From: Candidatus Kaiserbacteria bacterium RIFCSPLOWO2_01_FULL_45_25 | GTDB taxonomy: Bacteria > Patescibacteriota > Minisyncoccia > Phycocordibacterales > UBA918 | DNA: 64,000 nucleotides | Reading direction: 5' to 3' | NCBI GenBank assembly: GCA_001781415.1 | Contig: MFLT01000012.1 | Coordinates: forward strand, 6,485-70,484 | Part shown: positions 46,477-55,480 of the stretch, piece after piece | How positions within the stretch are numbered: the first letter of the stretch is position 1 | Layout of the letters: each line of letters begins with the position of its first letter | Made by a program: the position numbers and the translations under genes | Notes under the pieces: model-generated | Seen by the model: only the letters and a program-made list of their open reading frames with translations | Database searches by the model: none | What the model was told of the DNA's origin: nothing

Positions 46477-48525
46477 TTACTTAGTTGTTTTCTTCTTCGA
46501 CTTTTTGGTTACACTGGCTTCAAGAATTCTAATTTCATCTCGAATAATAGCGGCAGTTTCAAAATCCAAGATTGCCACAGCTTCATCCATTTGTCGCTTT
46601 TTCTCTTTGAGCACACCTTTAGGATTCTTTTGGAACAAATCCATATCAACCTTGAGCAGGGTATCTACAGTCTCATCATGCTCGGTACGCATTTGGTCTG
46701 TAATAGATTTAATTTCTTTGGCGATAGTCTTTGGGGTAATACCATGTTCCTTGTTATAGGCCAGCTGTCTGTTACGGCGCCGTGTTGTCTCGCCAATAGC
46801 CTTATCAAGCGCCGGAGTCATCTCATCGGCGTAGAGAATAACTCGACCATTGACGTTACGAGCAGCTCGTCCAATGGTCTGAATAAGCGCTGTCTCACTG
46901 CGAAGAAAACCTTGCTTATCGGCATCAAGAATAGCTACTAGCTCAACTTCTGGTAGGTCTAGACCTTCTCGTAGCAAGTTAACGCCGACCAAACAATCAA
47001 ACTTACCGCGTCTAAAGTCAGTCAGGATTTCAATACGTTCGATGGTATCAACGTCACTATGGATGTACTTGGTACTGATACCACGTTCAGTTAAGAACTC
47101 TGATAAGTCCTCAGCCATTTTCTTGGTCAGAGTAGTAGTAAGTACACGGGCCCCACCCTTAATTACCTTTTCTGCTTCGTCGATAAAATCTTTAATTTGG
47201 CCAGGGTAAGTACCAACTTCAGTAATTGGGCGGATGTCGATGGCTGGATCTACTAGTCCTGTTGGACGAATGATTTGCTCTACCATTCCGATACCAGACT
47301 CCGCCGCCTTCTCATACTCATACTTACCAGGTGTGGCTGAAGTATAGATTCGTTGACCAATATTAGCTTCAAATTCAGCAAATTTAAGGGGGCGGTTATC
47401 AACCGCTGAAGGCAGACGAAAACCGAACTCTACTAGCGTGTCTTTACGTGAGCGGTCACCAGCGTACATGCCATTAATTTGTGGAATAGAAACATGTGAT
47501 TCATCGATGATGGTGATGAAGTCAGGTGTACCGTCTTCTTTGTGTGGGAAGTAAGAAAGCAGTGTGTATGGAGCTTCACCAGATTTGCGTCTATCGAAGT
47601 GACGAGAGTAATTTTCAATCCCATTGCAGTAGCCAACCTCACGCATGAGAGCAAGGTCATGTTGAGTCCGTCTTCGTAGTCGTTCTGCCTCTAGCAACTT
47701 ACCTTCTGATTTGAACTTAGCTAGTTGAACCTCAAGTTCTTGCTGAATTTCTTCAATAGCTATCTTGCGCTCATGTTCTGGAGTAACAAAGTGTTTGGCT
47801 GGAAAGAGGAAAAAAGTCTCTGATTCTTCAATAATGGCTCTGGTTATAGCATCAATTTTGGTAATACTTGTAACACTGTCACCAGTAAAACCTAGACGAT
47901 AAATCACCCGTTCGTTGGTAGGCATTATTTCGATGGTGTTTCCAACGGCTCTAAAGTGTCCTGGCACTAAATCAGCGTTAGTACGCTCAAAGTACATATC
48001 AATCAATCTTCGTAGCATATCAGCGCGAGTAGTCTTGAAACCACGCTCAATTTTCATGTGTCTCTTCAAGTATTCTGCTGGAGCCCCAAGGCCATAGATA
48101 CACGACACAGACGCTACGATAATCACATCCTTTCGTGTGAGCAAGGCTTGAGTTGAGGCATGGCGGAGACGGTCAATCTCTTCGTTAATCTGCGCTTCTT
48201 TTTCGATATAGGTGTCAGAGGTCGGCATATAGGCCTCTGGTTGGTAGTAGTCGTAGTACGACACGAAGAAGTGTACGGCGTTTTCTGGGAAGAAGTCACG
48301 GTACTCTTGCGCCAGCTGAGCCGCTAGTGTCTTGTTGTGGGCAATTACCAGAGCCGGCTTTCCTATCTGCTGAATTACATTGGCGGCGGTATAGGTCTTT
48401 CCAGAACCAGTTACACCAAGGAGAGTCTGGTGGGTCTCACCATTTTTTATACCCTTTACGAGCTTTTCTATAGCCTGTGGCTGGTCTCCAGCTGGCTTTT
48501 TGTCGGTGGCGAGTTTAAATTCCAT
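46477..48525 (-). CDS. uvrB: Excinuclease ABC subunit B
   Basis: PAGDQP, GVTGSGKT, SYYDYYQPEAY, DESH, QTIGRAARN. Confidence 0.97.
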   Translation of the reverse strand: MEFKLATDKKPAGDQPQAIEKLVKGIKNGETHQTLLGVTGSGKTYTAANVIQQIGKPALVIAHNKTLAAQLAQEYRDFFPENAVHFFVSYYDYYQPEAYMPTSDTYIEKEAQINEEIDRLRHASTQALLTRKDVIIVASVSCIYGLGAPAEYLKRHMKIERGFKTTRADMLRRLIDMYFERTNADLVPGHFRAVGNTIEIMPTNERVIYRLGFTGDSVTSITKIDAITRAIIEESETFFLFPAKHFVTPEHERKIAIEEIQQELEVQLAKFKSEGKLLEAERLRRRTQHDLALMREVGYCNGIENYSRHFDRRKSGEAPYTLLSYFPHKEDGTPDFITIIDESHVSIPQINGMYAGDRSRKDTLVEFGFRLPSAVDNRPLKFAEFEANIGQRIYTSATPGKYEYEKAAESGIGMVEQIIRPTGLVDPAIDIRPITEVGTYPGQIKDFIDEAEKVIKGGARVLTTTLTKKMAEDLSEFLTERGISTKYIHSDVDTIERIEILTDFRRGKFDCLVGVNLLREGLDLPEVELVAILDADKQGFLRSETALIQTIGRAARNVNGRVILYADEMTPALDKAIGETTRRRNRQLAYNKEHGITPKTIAKEIKSITDQMRTEHDETVDTLLKVDMDLFQKNPKGVLKEKKRQMDEAVAILDFETAAIIRDEIRILEASVTKKSKKKTTK

Positions 48526-48587
48526 AGAAAGAGTATAGCTTGTATTTATAAAGAAAAAAAGCCAACGTATTTTGGTACGTTGGCTGG

Positions 48588-49214
48588 TTAGGAGTCACCC
48601 TCTTTATTGTGACTGATGTGCGGAGTACAGGCGAGCAAAAGCTCTTTCCACAACCGGTCGACCTTGCGCGCGAGCGGAAGTACGTGGTCAATGGTTTCTT
48701 CTGTCTTCAACAGCTTCTTTTCTGGAGTTCCCCACAACGTAATCATATTATGGAGTCTATCAGCGAGCTTGAGCACGATGGCGCGATAACCAGCAGCCCG
48801 CACTTTGGCAAAAGTTGCCGTTTCAAACTTATGATCAGAACCATATAGTTTTCGGTCTGGTTTAGTTACTGCCTCAACCAGTACAGCCACATCGGCATTG
48901 AACATTCGTTCAATCCGTCTCTTGGTCCAACCCTTTCTGTCCTCAATGAGGTCATGTAGCAGCGCAGCCACGATAAGGTTGGCGTCCTTAATACCAAGAT
49001 AGGCCATAATGATTACCGCCACCGCTACCTTGTGATAGAAGTAACGAGTACCATCCTTGCGCCTAACTATGAAGAACTCATCCCGGGCGACAAAGTAGGC
49101 TTTGACAATGAGCTTAAACTCATCGGAGTCTTCTCTAAAACTCCGGGTTACCAGTCGAAAGAAGTTTCGCCGGTGTCGATGTTCAAAAATAACTTGCTTG
49201 AGATCATCCAGCAT
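48588..49214 (-). CDS. Standalone RelA/SpoT-type HD hydrolase (small alarmone hydrolase-like)
   Basis: RKDG..Y..H...VA, AALLHDLIED, VT K, KLADRLHN; AGGAGG SD. Confidence 0.8.
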   Translation of the reverse strand: MLDDLKQVIFEHRHRRNFFRLVTRSFREDSDEFKLIVKAYFVARDEFFIVRRKDGTRYFYHKVAVAVIIMAYLGIKDANLIVAALLHDLIEDRKGWTKRRIERMFNADVAVLVEAVTKPDRKLYGSDHKFETATFAKVRAAGYRAIVLKLADRLHNMITLWGTPEKKLLKTEETIDHVLPLARKVDRLWKELLLACTPHISHNKEGDS

Positions 49215-49261
49215 TTGGTCCTCCTTTCTGGAACTGGTTCAAGATATTGAAACTATGTCAT

Positions 49262-49293
49262 AAAAAAGCTCTGGTGTACACCAGAGCTTTTTT
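49262..49293. terminator. Bidirectional terminator
   Basis: AAAAAAGCTCTGGTGTACACCAGAGCTTTTTT, a perfect palindrome. Confidence 0.8.
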
Positions 49294-50533
49294 AAATTTT
49301 TAACAACTGTTCACGGAGTTTCTTTGTAAAATTCACGATGAAGTGAAGGTTGTGAATTGAGGCCAGCTGTGGACCGAGCATTTCACCCGCTCTGAAGAGA
49401 TGCGAGACATAGGCTTTGGTATAAGTCTGCGCTACATGTCCATCAGACAGTGGGTCAATTAGTGAGTGGTCGTTAGCAAATTTTTGATTTCGTAAATTTA
49501 GCTTAACGGTCTCAGGATAGGTAATCGTACCGCAAGCTGAGGTCTTGGTACGTCCAGTATAAGCGTAGATTGTACCAGTGCGGCCAATACGAGTTGGGGC
49601 GACGCAGTCAAAAGTGTCACAGCCTTTGAGTACCCCTTCAACAATATCTTCTGGTTCACCAATACCAAGTAAGTGACGCGGCTTATCTTCGGGAAGAATT
49701 TCATTTACGACCTTGAGTGAGTCACCTAAGTCTTCTTTACTGAATGAGCCACCAATACCATAACCATCAAAGCCCATATCGCCAAGCACTCGAGCACTCT
49801 CCTTCCGTAAGTCGGTAAAGCGCCCTCCTTGAACAACACCATACAAGCCCTGCTTCTTAATAGCTTGATAGTTTTGCTTATGAGCCATGAGACTACGCTT
49901 AGCCCAGCGATGGGTTCTGTCCATTGCTTCTTTTTGGTATTCATAATCAGCACTTGGACTAGTACATTCATCAAACGCAATGATAATGTCTGCCCCAATA
50001 GCTTGCTGAATTTCAATTGAGCGTTCAGCTGTGAAGCGATGCATTGAACCATCAATATGCGAAGTAAAAGTAACACCTTCTTCATCGATGATGCAAAGCT
50101 TGCCGTGCTCAGTAGCAGCTTCACGCGAGTAGACGTTAATCCCCTTTTTATTTACCGACTCAGCTTCTGGAGCTTCGCCTTTAGCAAACTTAGTAACACC
50201 CTTTCCAAAGGCGGCACCAAGTGAAAACACTTGAAATCCGCCGGAGTCAGTGATGGTTGGCAGTTGCCAGTTAGCGAACTTATGTAGGCCACCTGCAGCC
50301 TTAATGACCTCATGTCCTGGTTGTAAGAAAAGATGATAGGTGTTAGCCAAGGCCACTTGATTACCAACATATTGCTGCATTTCTTCTGGAGTCACGCCTT
50401 TGATAGTGGCTTTAGTTCCAACTGTCACAAAAGCTGGCGTCTGTATGTCGCCATGCGGAGTATGAATAACCCCAACCCGAGCTAGAGTGCCTGGGAGTTT
50501 CTTTTCAATGGTAAATGTGACTGGTGCTGACAT
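49292..50533 (-). CDS. tgt: tRNA-guanine transglycosylase
   Basis: TP.F..VGT, LANTYHL, TDSGGFQVFSL, DEC, VQGG, HLLGIG, DTFDCV.PTR. Confidence 0.93.
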   Translation of the reverse strand: MSAPVTFTIEKKLPGTLARVGVIHTPHGDIQTPAFVTVGTKATIKGVTPEEMQQYVGNQVALANTYHLFLQPGHEVIKAAGGLHKFANWQLPTITDSGGFQVFSLGAAFGKGVTKFAKGEAPEAESVNKKGINVYSREAATEHGKLCIIDEEGVTFTSHIDGSMHRFTAERSIEIQQAIGADIIIAFDECTSPSADYEYQKEAMDRTHRWAKRSLMAHKQNYQAIKKQGLYGVVQGGRFTDLRKESARVLGDMGFDGYGIGGSFSKEDLGDSLKVVNEILPEDKPRHLLGIGEPEDIVEGVLKGCDTFDCVAPTRIGRTGTIYAYTGRTKTSACGTITYPETVKLNLRNQKFANDHSLIDPLSDGHVAQTYTKAYVSHLFRAGEMLGPQLASIHNLHFIVNFTKKLREQLLKI

Positions 50534-50584
50534 GTGAAAACAAGAATGCCGGCTTGTGACCGGCATACTTAGTGATTATGGTGC

Positions 50585-51130
50585 TTACTTGTTGATTGAT
50601 ATAAGCTCAATAGCGAAGACAAGAGTTGAATTAGCCGGGATTGGACCAATAGCTTGGTTTCCGTAAGCTAGTTCAGGTGGGATGACGAGAATTCGTTGTC
50701 CACCAACTTTCATGCCAATTAAACCTTGCTCCCAACCAGCAATAACTCGTCCTTCACCAACAGTGAATTCAAAGGTCTCACCTCGCTTCTTTGAGTTATC
50801 AAACTCAAGTCCACCTTGAAGGGTTCCGATGTAATGCACCTCAACTGTGTCACCCACTTTTACTTCATCACCATTTCCAACTACAATGTCGTCAATCACA
50901 AGACTTTTGATGTTACCACGTGCATCAGAGGCAGTTCTGAGAGCTGCTGCACGTTCATTATTAATATCATCTCCACTACCAACTACCACTACGTTACTTT
51001 GATTAACTGACGCTAACTGAGTTCCAGTGGCAGCAGTCAAAAACGAAGTTTCTACTCGAATCAAATACAAAGCCAGTGCCATTAATAGCACACTTAGTCC
51101 GATTCCTACCATTTCAAATTTGCTCAACAT
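50585..51130 (-). CDS. FKBP-type peptidyl-prolyl isomerase with an N-terminal TM
   Basis: VHYIGTL, FDNS, VIAGWEQG, IPPELAYG, IPANSTLVF. Confidence 0.93.
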   Translation of the reverse strand: MLSKFEMVGIGLSVLLMALALYLIRVETSFLTAATGTQLASVNQSNVVVVGSGDDINNERAAALRTASDARGNIKSLVIDDIVVGNGDEVKVGDTVEVHYIGTLQGGLEFDNSKKRGETFEFTVGEGRVIAGWEQGLIGMKVGGQRILVIPPELAYGNQAIGPIPANSTLVFAIELISINK

Positions 51131-51141
51131 ACAATATTTAA

Positions 51142-52230
51142 TTATTCTGTCATAATAACGACTTCAGGGGTAATTGCAAGCAAAGAAGCGAGCGGTACAC
51201 GTCCCAAGAGTATGCTCTCTTTAAGACTTGGATCACTAATAGAAGCTAGATATTCTAGAAATTCAGCCTTATTTTGGGCGCTCATTTGAGTAGGTTGGTT
51301 GCGTGTTTCCAGGCTAGATACCGGTATGATTTCTAGGTAATTTTGCTCTCCTAGCACCAATTTAGTAACCAATCCTTGCTGGACGGCTAGTGAGAAATAT
51401 TGATCAAAGATGAAATTACCCAAAGAGTAGACAATTAGGGTATTTTCAATCATTTCTAGGCCTTGCACCACGTGTGGATGGTGGCCAATGACTAAATCAA
51501 TACCTAATTCCGCCAAGAGCTTCGCAAAATTTCGTTGGGCCAAGGTTGGGGTATCAACATATTCTTCCCCCCAGTGTACATACGCTACTTGAATATCGGT
51601 CTCCTCCTGCATAACTTGAAACACAGGAGCTAATGTTTCTTTGGTTGGATAACTATATAGAGTATGAAGAGCTAATACTCCCACCTCCTTATCATCAACC
51701 TCAATCACTGTATAGGACGGTTCAGAAACTACACTTGGGTGACCAAATGGTACCAATCCCCTATCCCAAACCGCACTCACAGTGTGGTTGTATCCAGCCA
51801 ATCCAAAATCAAAGGTGTGATTGTTGGCTAACCCCAAGTGTGTAAACCCAGCGGCCGCCACCGCTTCTAAGCTAGCCACAGGTGTAGAAAACCGGAAAGT
51901 GTTATTGGCAGTCGGTACATGTGTCTCTGGTATAGCTGATTCAAAGTTTGCCACCGCATATGAGGTCGACGGAATTGAAAATTGGGCAAAGGGAAAATCC
52001 ACACCACTTTGCCTCATTCTCCTCTCTACATCACGCGCCAACATGATATCACCAAAAAAATACACGTTTGTTTTAGTATTTATAAGTTCAGGTGCAGGTG
52101 ACTGCTCTGAAGTAAGATTACCTAAAACCTCTTCATCAATTTCCAAAAATGACACACTGGTTATTGGCCAAAAAAATTGAAACGCAATTAATAGTGAGCA
52201 GATAAGTGATAGCTTGTACCAAATCGACAT
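51142..52230 (-). CDS. CapA/PgsA family metallophosphatase-fold protein
   Basis: GDIML.R, ANFE, LANNH.FD, HWGEEY, GHHPHVVQ, YSLGNFIFDQ. Confidence 0.88.
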   Translation of the reverse strand: MSIWYKLSLICSLLIAFQFFWPITSVSFLEIDEEVLGNLTSEQSPAPELINTKTNVYFFGDIMLARDVERRMRQSGVDFPFAQFSIPSTSYAVANFESAIPETHVPTANNTFRFSTPVASLEAVAAAGFTHLGLANNHTFDFGLAGYNHTVSAVWDRGLVPFGHPSVVSEPSYTVIEVDDKEVGVLALHTLYSYPTKETLAPVFQVMQEETDIQVAYVHWGEEYVDTPTLAQRNFAKLLAELGIDLVIGHHPHVVQGLEMIENTLIVYSLGNFIFDQYFSLAVQQGLVTKLVLGEQNYLEIIPVSSLETRNQPTQMSAQNKAEFLEYLASISDPSLKESILLGRVPLASLLAITPEVVIMTE

Positions 52231-52232
52231 AA

Positions 52233-52652
52233 CTAATTACCAAACATTGAGACAGTTGGGTGGAACATACCAACCTGGTAGTAATACATAGCAAAGGCTA
52301 CACCAGCCACCGCCAATAAGGTCGCTACGATTGTCACTACCGTGGTCTGGATGAAGGACATATCACGTCGTCGGTTGTTTTGAATTGTAAAATCGTCCAA
52401 CTGTACTTCAATGCCAAGTAAAGATGAAATTTCTGATGGCTTCAAAGCTTCGTCTGTATGAAAAATTTTATGAAGTCCGTCTACGCGAGTCTCGTGGGTC
52501 TTACTATTTTCACGCAATACCATCATCGCCGTATCTACCTCATCATTGTTATAGCGAGCACTAAGCAGCACAGAACGAATTTCCTCATCGGGTGCAGTCG
52601 GAGCTACACCATTAATTTTTAGAATTGTTTCAATGTCTTGCTTTTGAATCAT
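52233..52652 (-). CDS. Hypothetical protein with a C-terminal TM
   Basis: Tightly coupled to both neighbours. Confidence 0.6.
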   Translation of the reverse strand: MIQKQDIETILKINGVAPTAPDEEIRSVLLSARYNNDEVDTAMMVLRENSKTHETRVDGLHKIFHTDEALKPSEISSLLGIEVQLDDFTIQNNRRRDMSFIQTTVVTIVATLLAVAGVAFAMYYYQVGMFHPTVSMFGN

Positions 52653-52663
52653 GATAGAAATTG

Positions 52664-53701
52664 CTATCCACGTTTTTTCTCTCTGGCCAGATACTGATTA
52701 TACACTTCAAGCAGCACAGTAAAGAGAGTTACTATCACCGGACCGATGATAAAGCCAATCGGACCAAAAGTTGAAATACCGCCCATAACAGACGTCAACA
52801 TAATAAAAGGATGAAGGTTATTGCCACGACTCATAAGGTGTGGAGCGATTATGTTATCAACGACGATAACCGTCACTACTGTCCAAATAGCCAATCCAAT
52901 TGCCGCTGGGACAGCACCAGAAATAGCCAAGAAGAATATTCCCGGCACCATAATTGCCAAAGTACCAAGACCAGGAATCATGGCTAGTATCGCCCCGACC
53001 GCACCCCACAGGACAGCTCTATCAATACCAAATATAGTAAATCCGATCGCCGCCAACGTTCCTTGAATAAGCGAGACCAGTACTACTCCAGTAGCTACCG
53101 TTCGTACTGCCACCGCTAATCTTCCAAATATAACCTCATCATCCTTGTCAGGTAATGGACTAATCTTTACAGCAATCTTTAAGAACTCACGACCATCCCG
53201 GAAGAAATAAAACGAACCAATGAGTGAAATAAGGATAATAAACACTGTTGAGACAGTGCCAGCAAAGATGGCGCCAATGTTGCGGACCAACCATTCTGCA
53301 CCCTGACGAATCTGTTCAGTAATATTTAAATCAAAACTAGGAATGTAGTTTTGAACAACAGATTCAAAGTTTAAGACATATTTCTCAATGGTAAGCTCTT
53401 GCCCAGCACCGAGGGTTTGATAAAAGCTAACCAATTCCTTTACAAACAGTGAAGAGATGAAGATTAGTGGCAGGATAATTATCACGACAACAGCCAAAGT
53501 GGAGATAGCGGCCGCTAGAGTTTTATTTTGTTTGTAGACGCGTGACTTAATCCGCTCATACATTGGGTAACAGATGGTTACAATAACGGTAGAGAGCGCT
53601 AGAGCGCTTATAAATGGTGAGAGGATAATCCACACAAAATATCCCGCTCCAGCTAGCAAAGCAAAGAAGAACGCGTATTCAACAACTCTACTCATAGACA
53701 T
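52664..53701 (-). CDS. AI-2E family transporter
   Basis: Multi-TM; FYFFRDG, MIPGLG, VDNIIAP, HP......GG...FG..G...GP. Confidence 0.88.
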   Translation of the reverse strand: MSMSRVVEYAFFFALLAGAGYFVWIILSPFISALALSTVIVTICYPMYERIKSRVYKQNKTLAAAISTLAVVVIIILPLIFISSLFVKELVSFYQTLGAGQELTIEKYVLNFESVVQNYIPSFDLNITEQIRQGAEWLVRNIGAIFAGTVSTVFIILISLIGSFYFFRDGREFLKIAVKISPLPDKDDEVIFGRLAVAVRTVATGVVLVSLIQGTLAAIGFTIFGIDRAVLWGAVGAILAMIPGLGTLAIMVPGIFFLAISGAVPAAIGLAIWTVVTVIVVDNIIAPHLMSRGNNLHPFIMLTSVMGGISTFGPIGFIIGPVIVTLFTVLLEVYNQYLAREKKRG

Positions 53702-53725
53702 ACCATAACTATAGCAAGACAATAC

Positions 53726-54015
53726 AAAAAGGACTAGGTATATACACTGGGTATACCTAGTCCTCGTGAACGTTATTGAATCAGTTGAATTTCAGCGACC
53801 CTGGCTGCAGTTTCGATTGTTTTGAAACTTTGTGCTGCAGCGGAATTTAATGCTGAAAATGTCTGGCTCAAAAAGTGTGATAGTGCCCAAAGGATTATCA
53901 CAAAACCAATTGCTTTTCGCATACAAAGTGTATTGCGACCCTGAGACCCTTTTCGAAAAGGCCATCATGTAAAATGAAAGGGGCGCGGCAATTGGTAACA
54001 ATGAACTTACCTGCT
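53726..54015 (-). ncRNA. Candidate ~290-nt structured non-coding RNA with its own terminator
   Basis: Nested stems (see findings); terminator AGGACTAGGTATA...TATACCTAGTCCT at 53730-53764. Confidence 0.4.
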
Positions 54016-54071
54016 CATACTAGAGCACATTTTTTGAGTTTATGCAAATCTAGCTTTAGCTGCCTTGATGC

Positions 54072-54186
54072 TAATTAATTTGTTTTAATTCTTCGCTTTT
54101 CTGCAACTATTTATACATAATTCTATGTATCATTAATGATACATAGAAAATAAGTCTATTTTGAGCCTTTTTAATTATCAAAGGAG
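54072..54186 (-). repeat. Dispersed ~110-bp AT-rich repeat, copy 2 (inverted)
   Basis: Perfect 28-bp palindrome TTCTATGTATCATTAATGATACATAGAA at 54121-54148; matches 33362-33473. Confidence 0.8.
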
Positions 54187-54399
54187 TTCCAGTTCCAGGG
54201 ATTTGTCTGGAAGGCCGCTTCAGCTGACAGCTCCCTGCGAAGTCTAATCTGATTAAGCGCTTGTATAAGATTATTACTTATAGTGGTAGCTTCAAGTACC
54301 TGGCGGACCACATACCTTAGTTTCTCCCTGCGGGGTCGAAACTAAGGTTGTGTCTGCCTAAGCAAAACATAATCGCGCTCTGCGCTCTTTGTTTCTGCT

Positions 54400-54948
54400 T
54401 TATTTAGAGTTAATTATGCTCTCTACCACAGTTTTAATGTCCGCTTTGTTGGCTACGCCACGGAAATGTTCAACTACTTCCCCTTTACGGTTGTAAATTA
54501 CTACTTCAGGCATGGCGTAGCCTCCTACTGTCAGATAAAACGCATCGCGAGGATCAAGCACCATCACTACTCCAGTTATATTTTGTAGTGTCTGTAAGAA
54601 ACGAGCAGCTTGCTCTTTGGATTCTTTACGATTAATCGCCATGAAGACCACTTCCTCATCTGAAAATTCACTACTGAGCTCAGAAAGTGTATTTAGGTCC
54701 GCTGTAGAAAACGGAGACCATGATGCCCAAGTAGCTACCACCAAAGTCCTTCCTAAGTACTGCTCTAATGACACTGGATTACCAAGTAAGTCAGTGTAAG
54801 GCGCTTCCCCTTCTGGGTTAGAGAAAAGTGCCACCGTGTCTTCGTTAATTTTATTGTTGCTTTTACTGACGATAAAGTAAGTAGCTACTGCCCCAAGGGC
54901 CAATAGTAAAAACAGCCCGCCCAATACTTTTTTTTGATAACTACTCAT
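54400..54948 (-). CDS. Membrane-anchored TlpA/ResA-like thioredoxin-fold protein lacking cysteines
   Basis: DLLGNPVSL..Y.G..LVV..WASWSPFS, MP...I.NRKGEV. Confidence 0.75.
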   Translation of the reverse strand: MSSYQKKVLGGLFLLLALGAVATYFIVSKSNNKINEDTVALFSNPEGEAPYTDLLGNPVSLEQYLGRTLVVATWASWSPFSTADLNTLSELSSEFSDEEVVFMAINRKESKEQAARFLQTLQNITGVVMVLDPRDAFYLTVGGYAMPEVVIYNRKGEVVEHFRGVANKADIKTVVESIINSK

Positions 54949-54957
54949 GACTTTGAC

Positions 54958-55440
54958 TTACCCCTTAATAAATAACTCAAACTCTTCTGGTCTTTCTCCC
55001 GGAGCGGCCGGAATTAGATTTAGTTCAACCACTCTACCCATGAAAGTAGCCGTTACTGTAGCTTCAGGTGAAGCGGCGACTGACTCTGTGATAAACCGCT
55101 GTGTAGTCATAACTTGCGCACACATCTCTGAGTTATTGATGACATTAAAATTAAGGACGATTTGCTCTGGATATGATTCTCGAACCGTTGTATCAACCTC
55201 AAGCAAGTCACATGGTGTTGGAAGAACAAGTTCACCAGCAAAAGTATGTTCACCATCAATGATGTAATGCTTGGCATCAATTCGAGTAATGCCTGGGTAG
55301 AGCACTACTTCTTCTTCAACTGGAGTTTCTACGACTGGTGTTTGCACCATCTCAGCTCGCTTCAAGTAGGCAAACACAAACATCCCTACGATGATAAGTA
55401 GAAAAAAACTTACTACTAGAAGTATTGTTCGCTTGTCCAT
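54958..55440 (-). CDS. Membrane-anchored protein with one Cys pair
   Basis: N-terminal TM; PTPC...CAQVMT. Confidence 0.6.
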   Translation of the reverse strand: MDKRTILLVVSFFLLIIVGMFVFAYLKRAEMVQTPVVETPVEEEVVLYPGITRIDAKHYIIDGEHTFAGELVLPTPCDLLEVDTTVRESYPEQIVLNFNVINNSEMCAQVMTTQRFITESVAASPEATVTATFMGRVVELNLIPAAPGERPEEFELFIKG

Positions 55441-55480
55441 AGTTAAAATATTATGCTTGTAACTATTGTTAGTATATCAC

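Noticed and set aside
46327-46941. 204-aa + strand ORF and other antisense ORFs inside leuS, uvrA/B, tgt and the giant gene
   Set aside because: Antisense to well-supported genes, with no motifs
51142-52230. Poly-gamma-glutamate capsule locus
   Set aside because: Only a CapA-family gene is present; capB and capC are not adjacent
53792-54001. 69-aa TTG-start ORF
   Set aside because: No SD and no recognisable features; the region is better explained as structured RNA
54105-54148. dif site (TTATGTATAAAT resembles the XerD arm)
   Set aside because: CATA-to-TATG spacing is 4 nt rather than the 8 nt of canonical dif, and there are two copies
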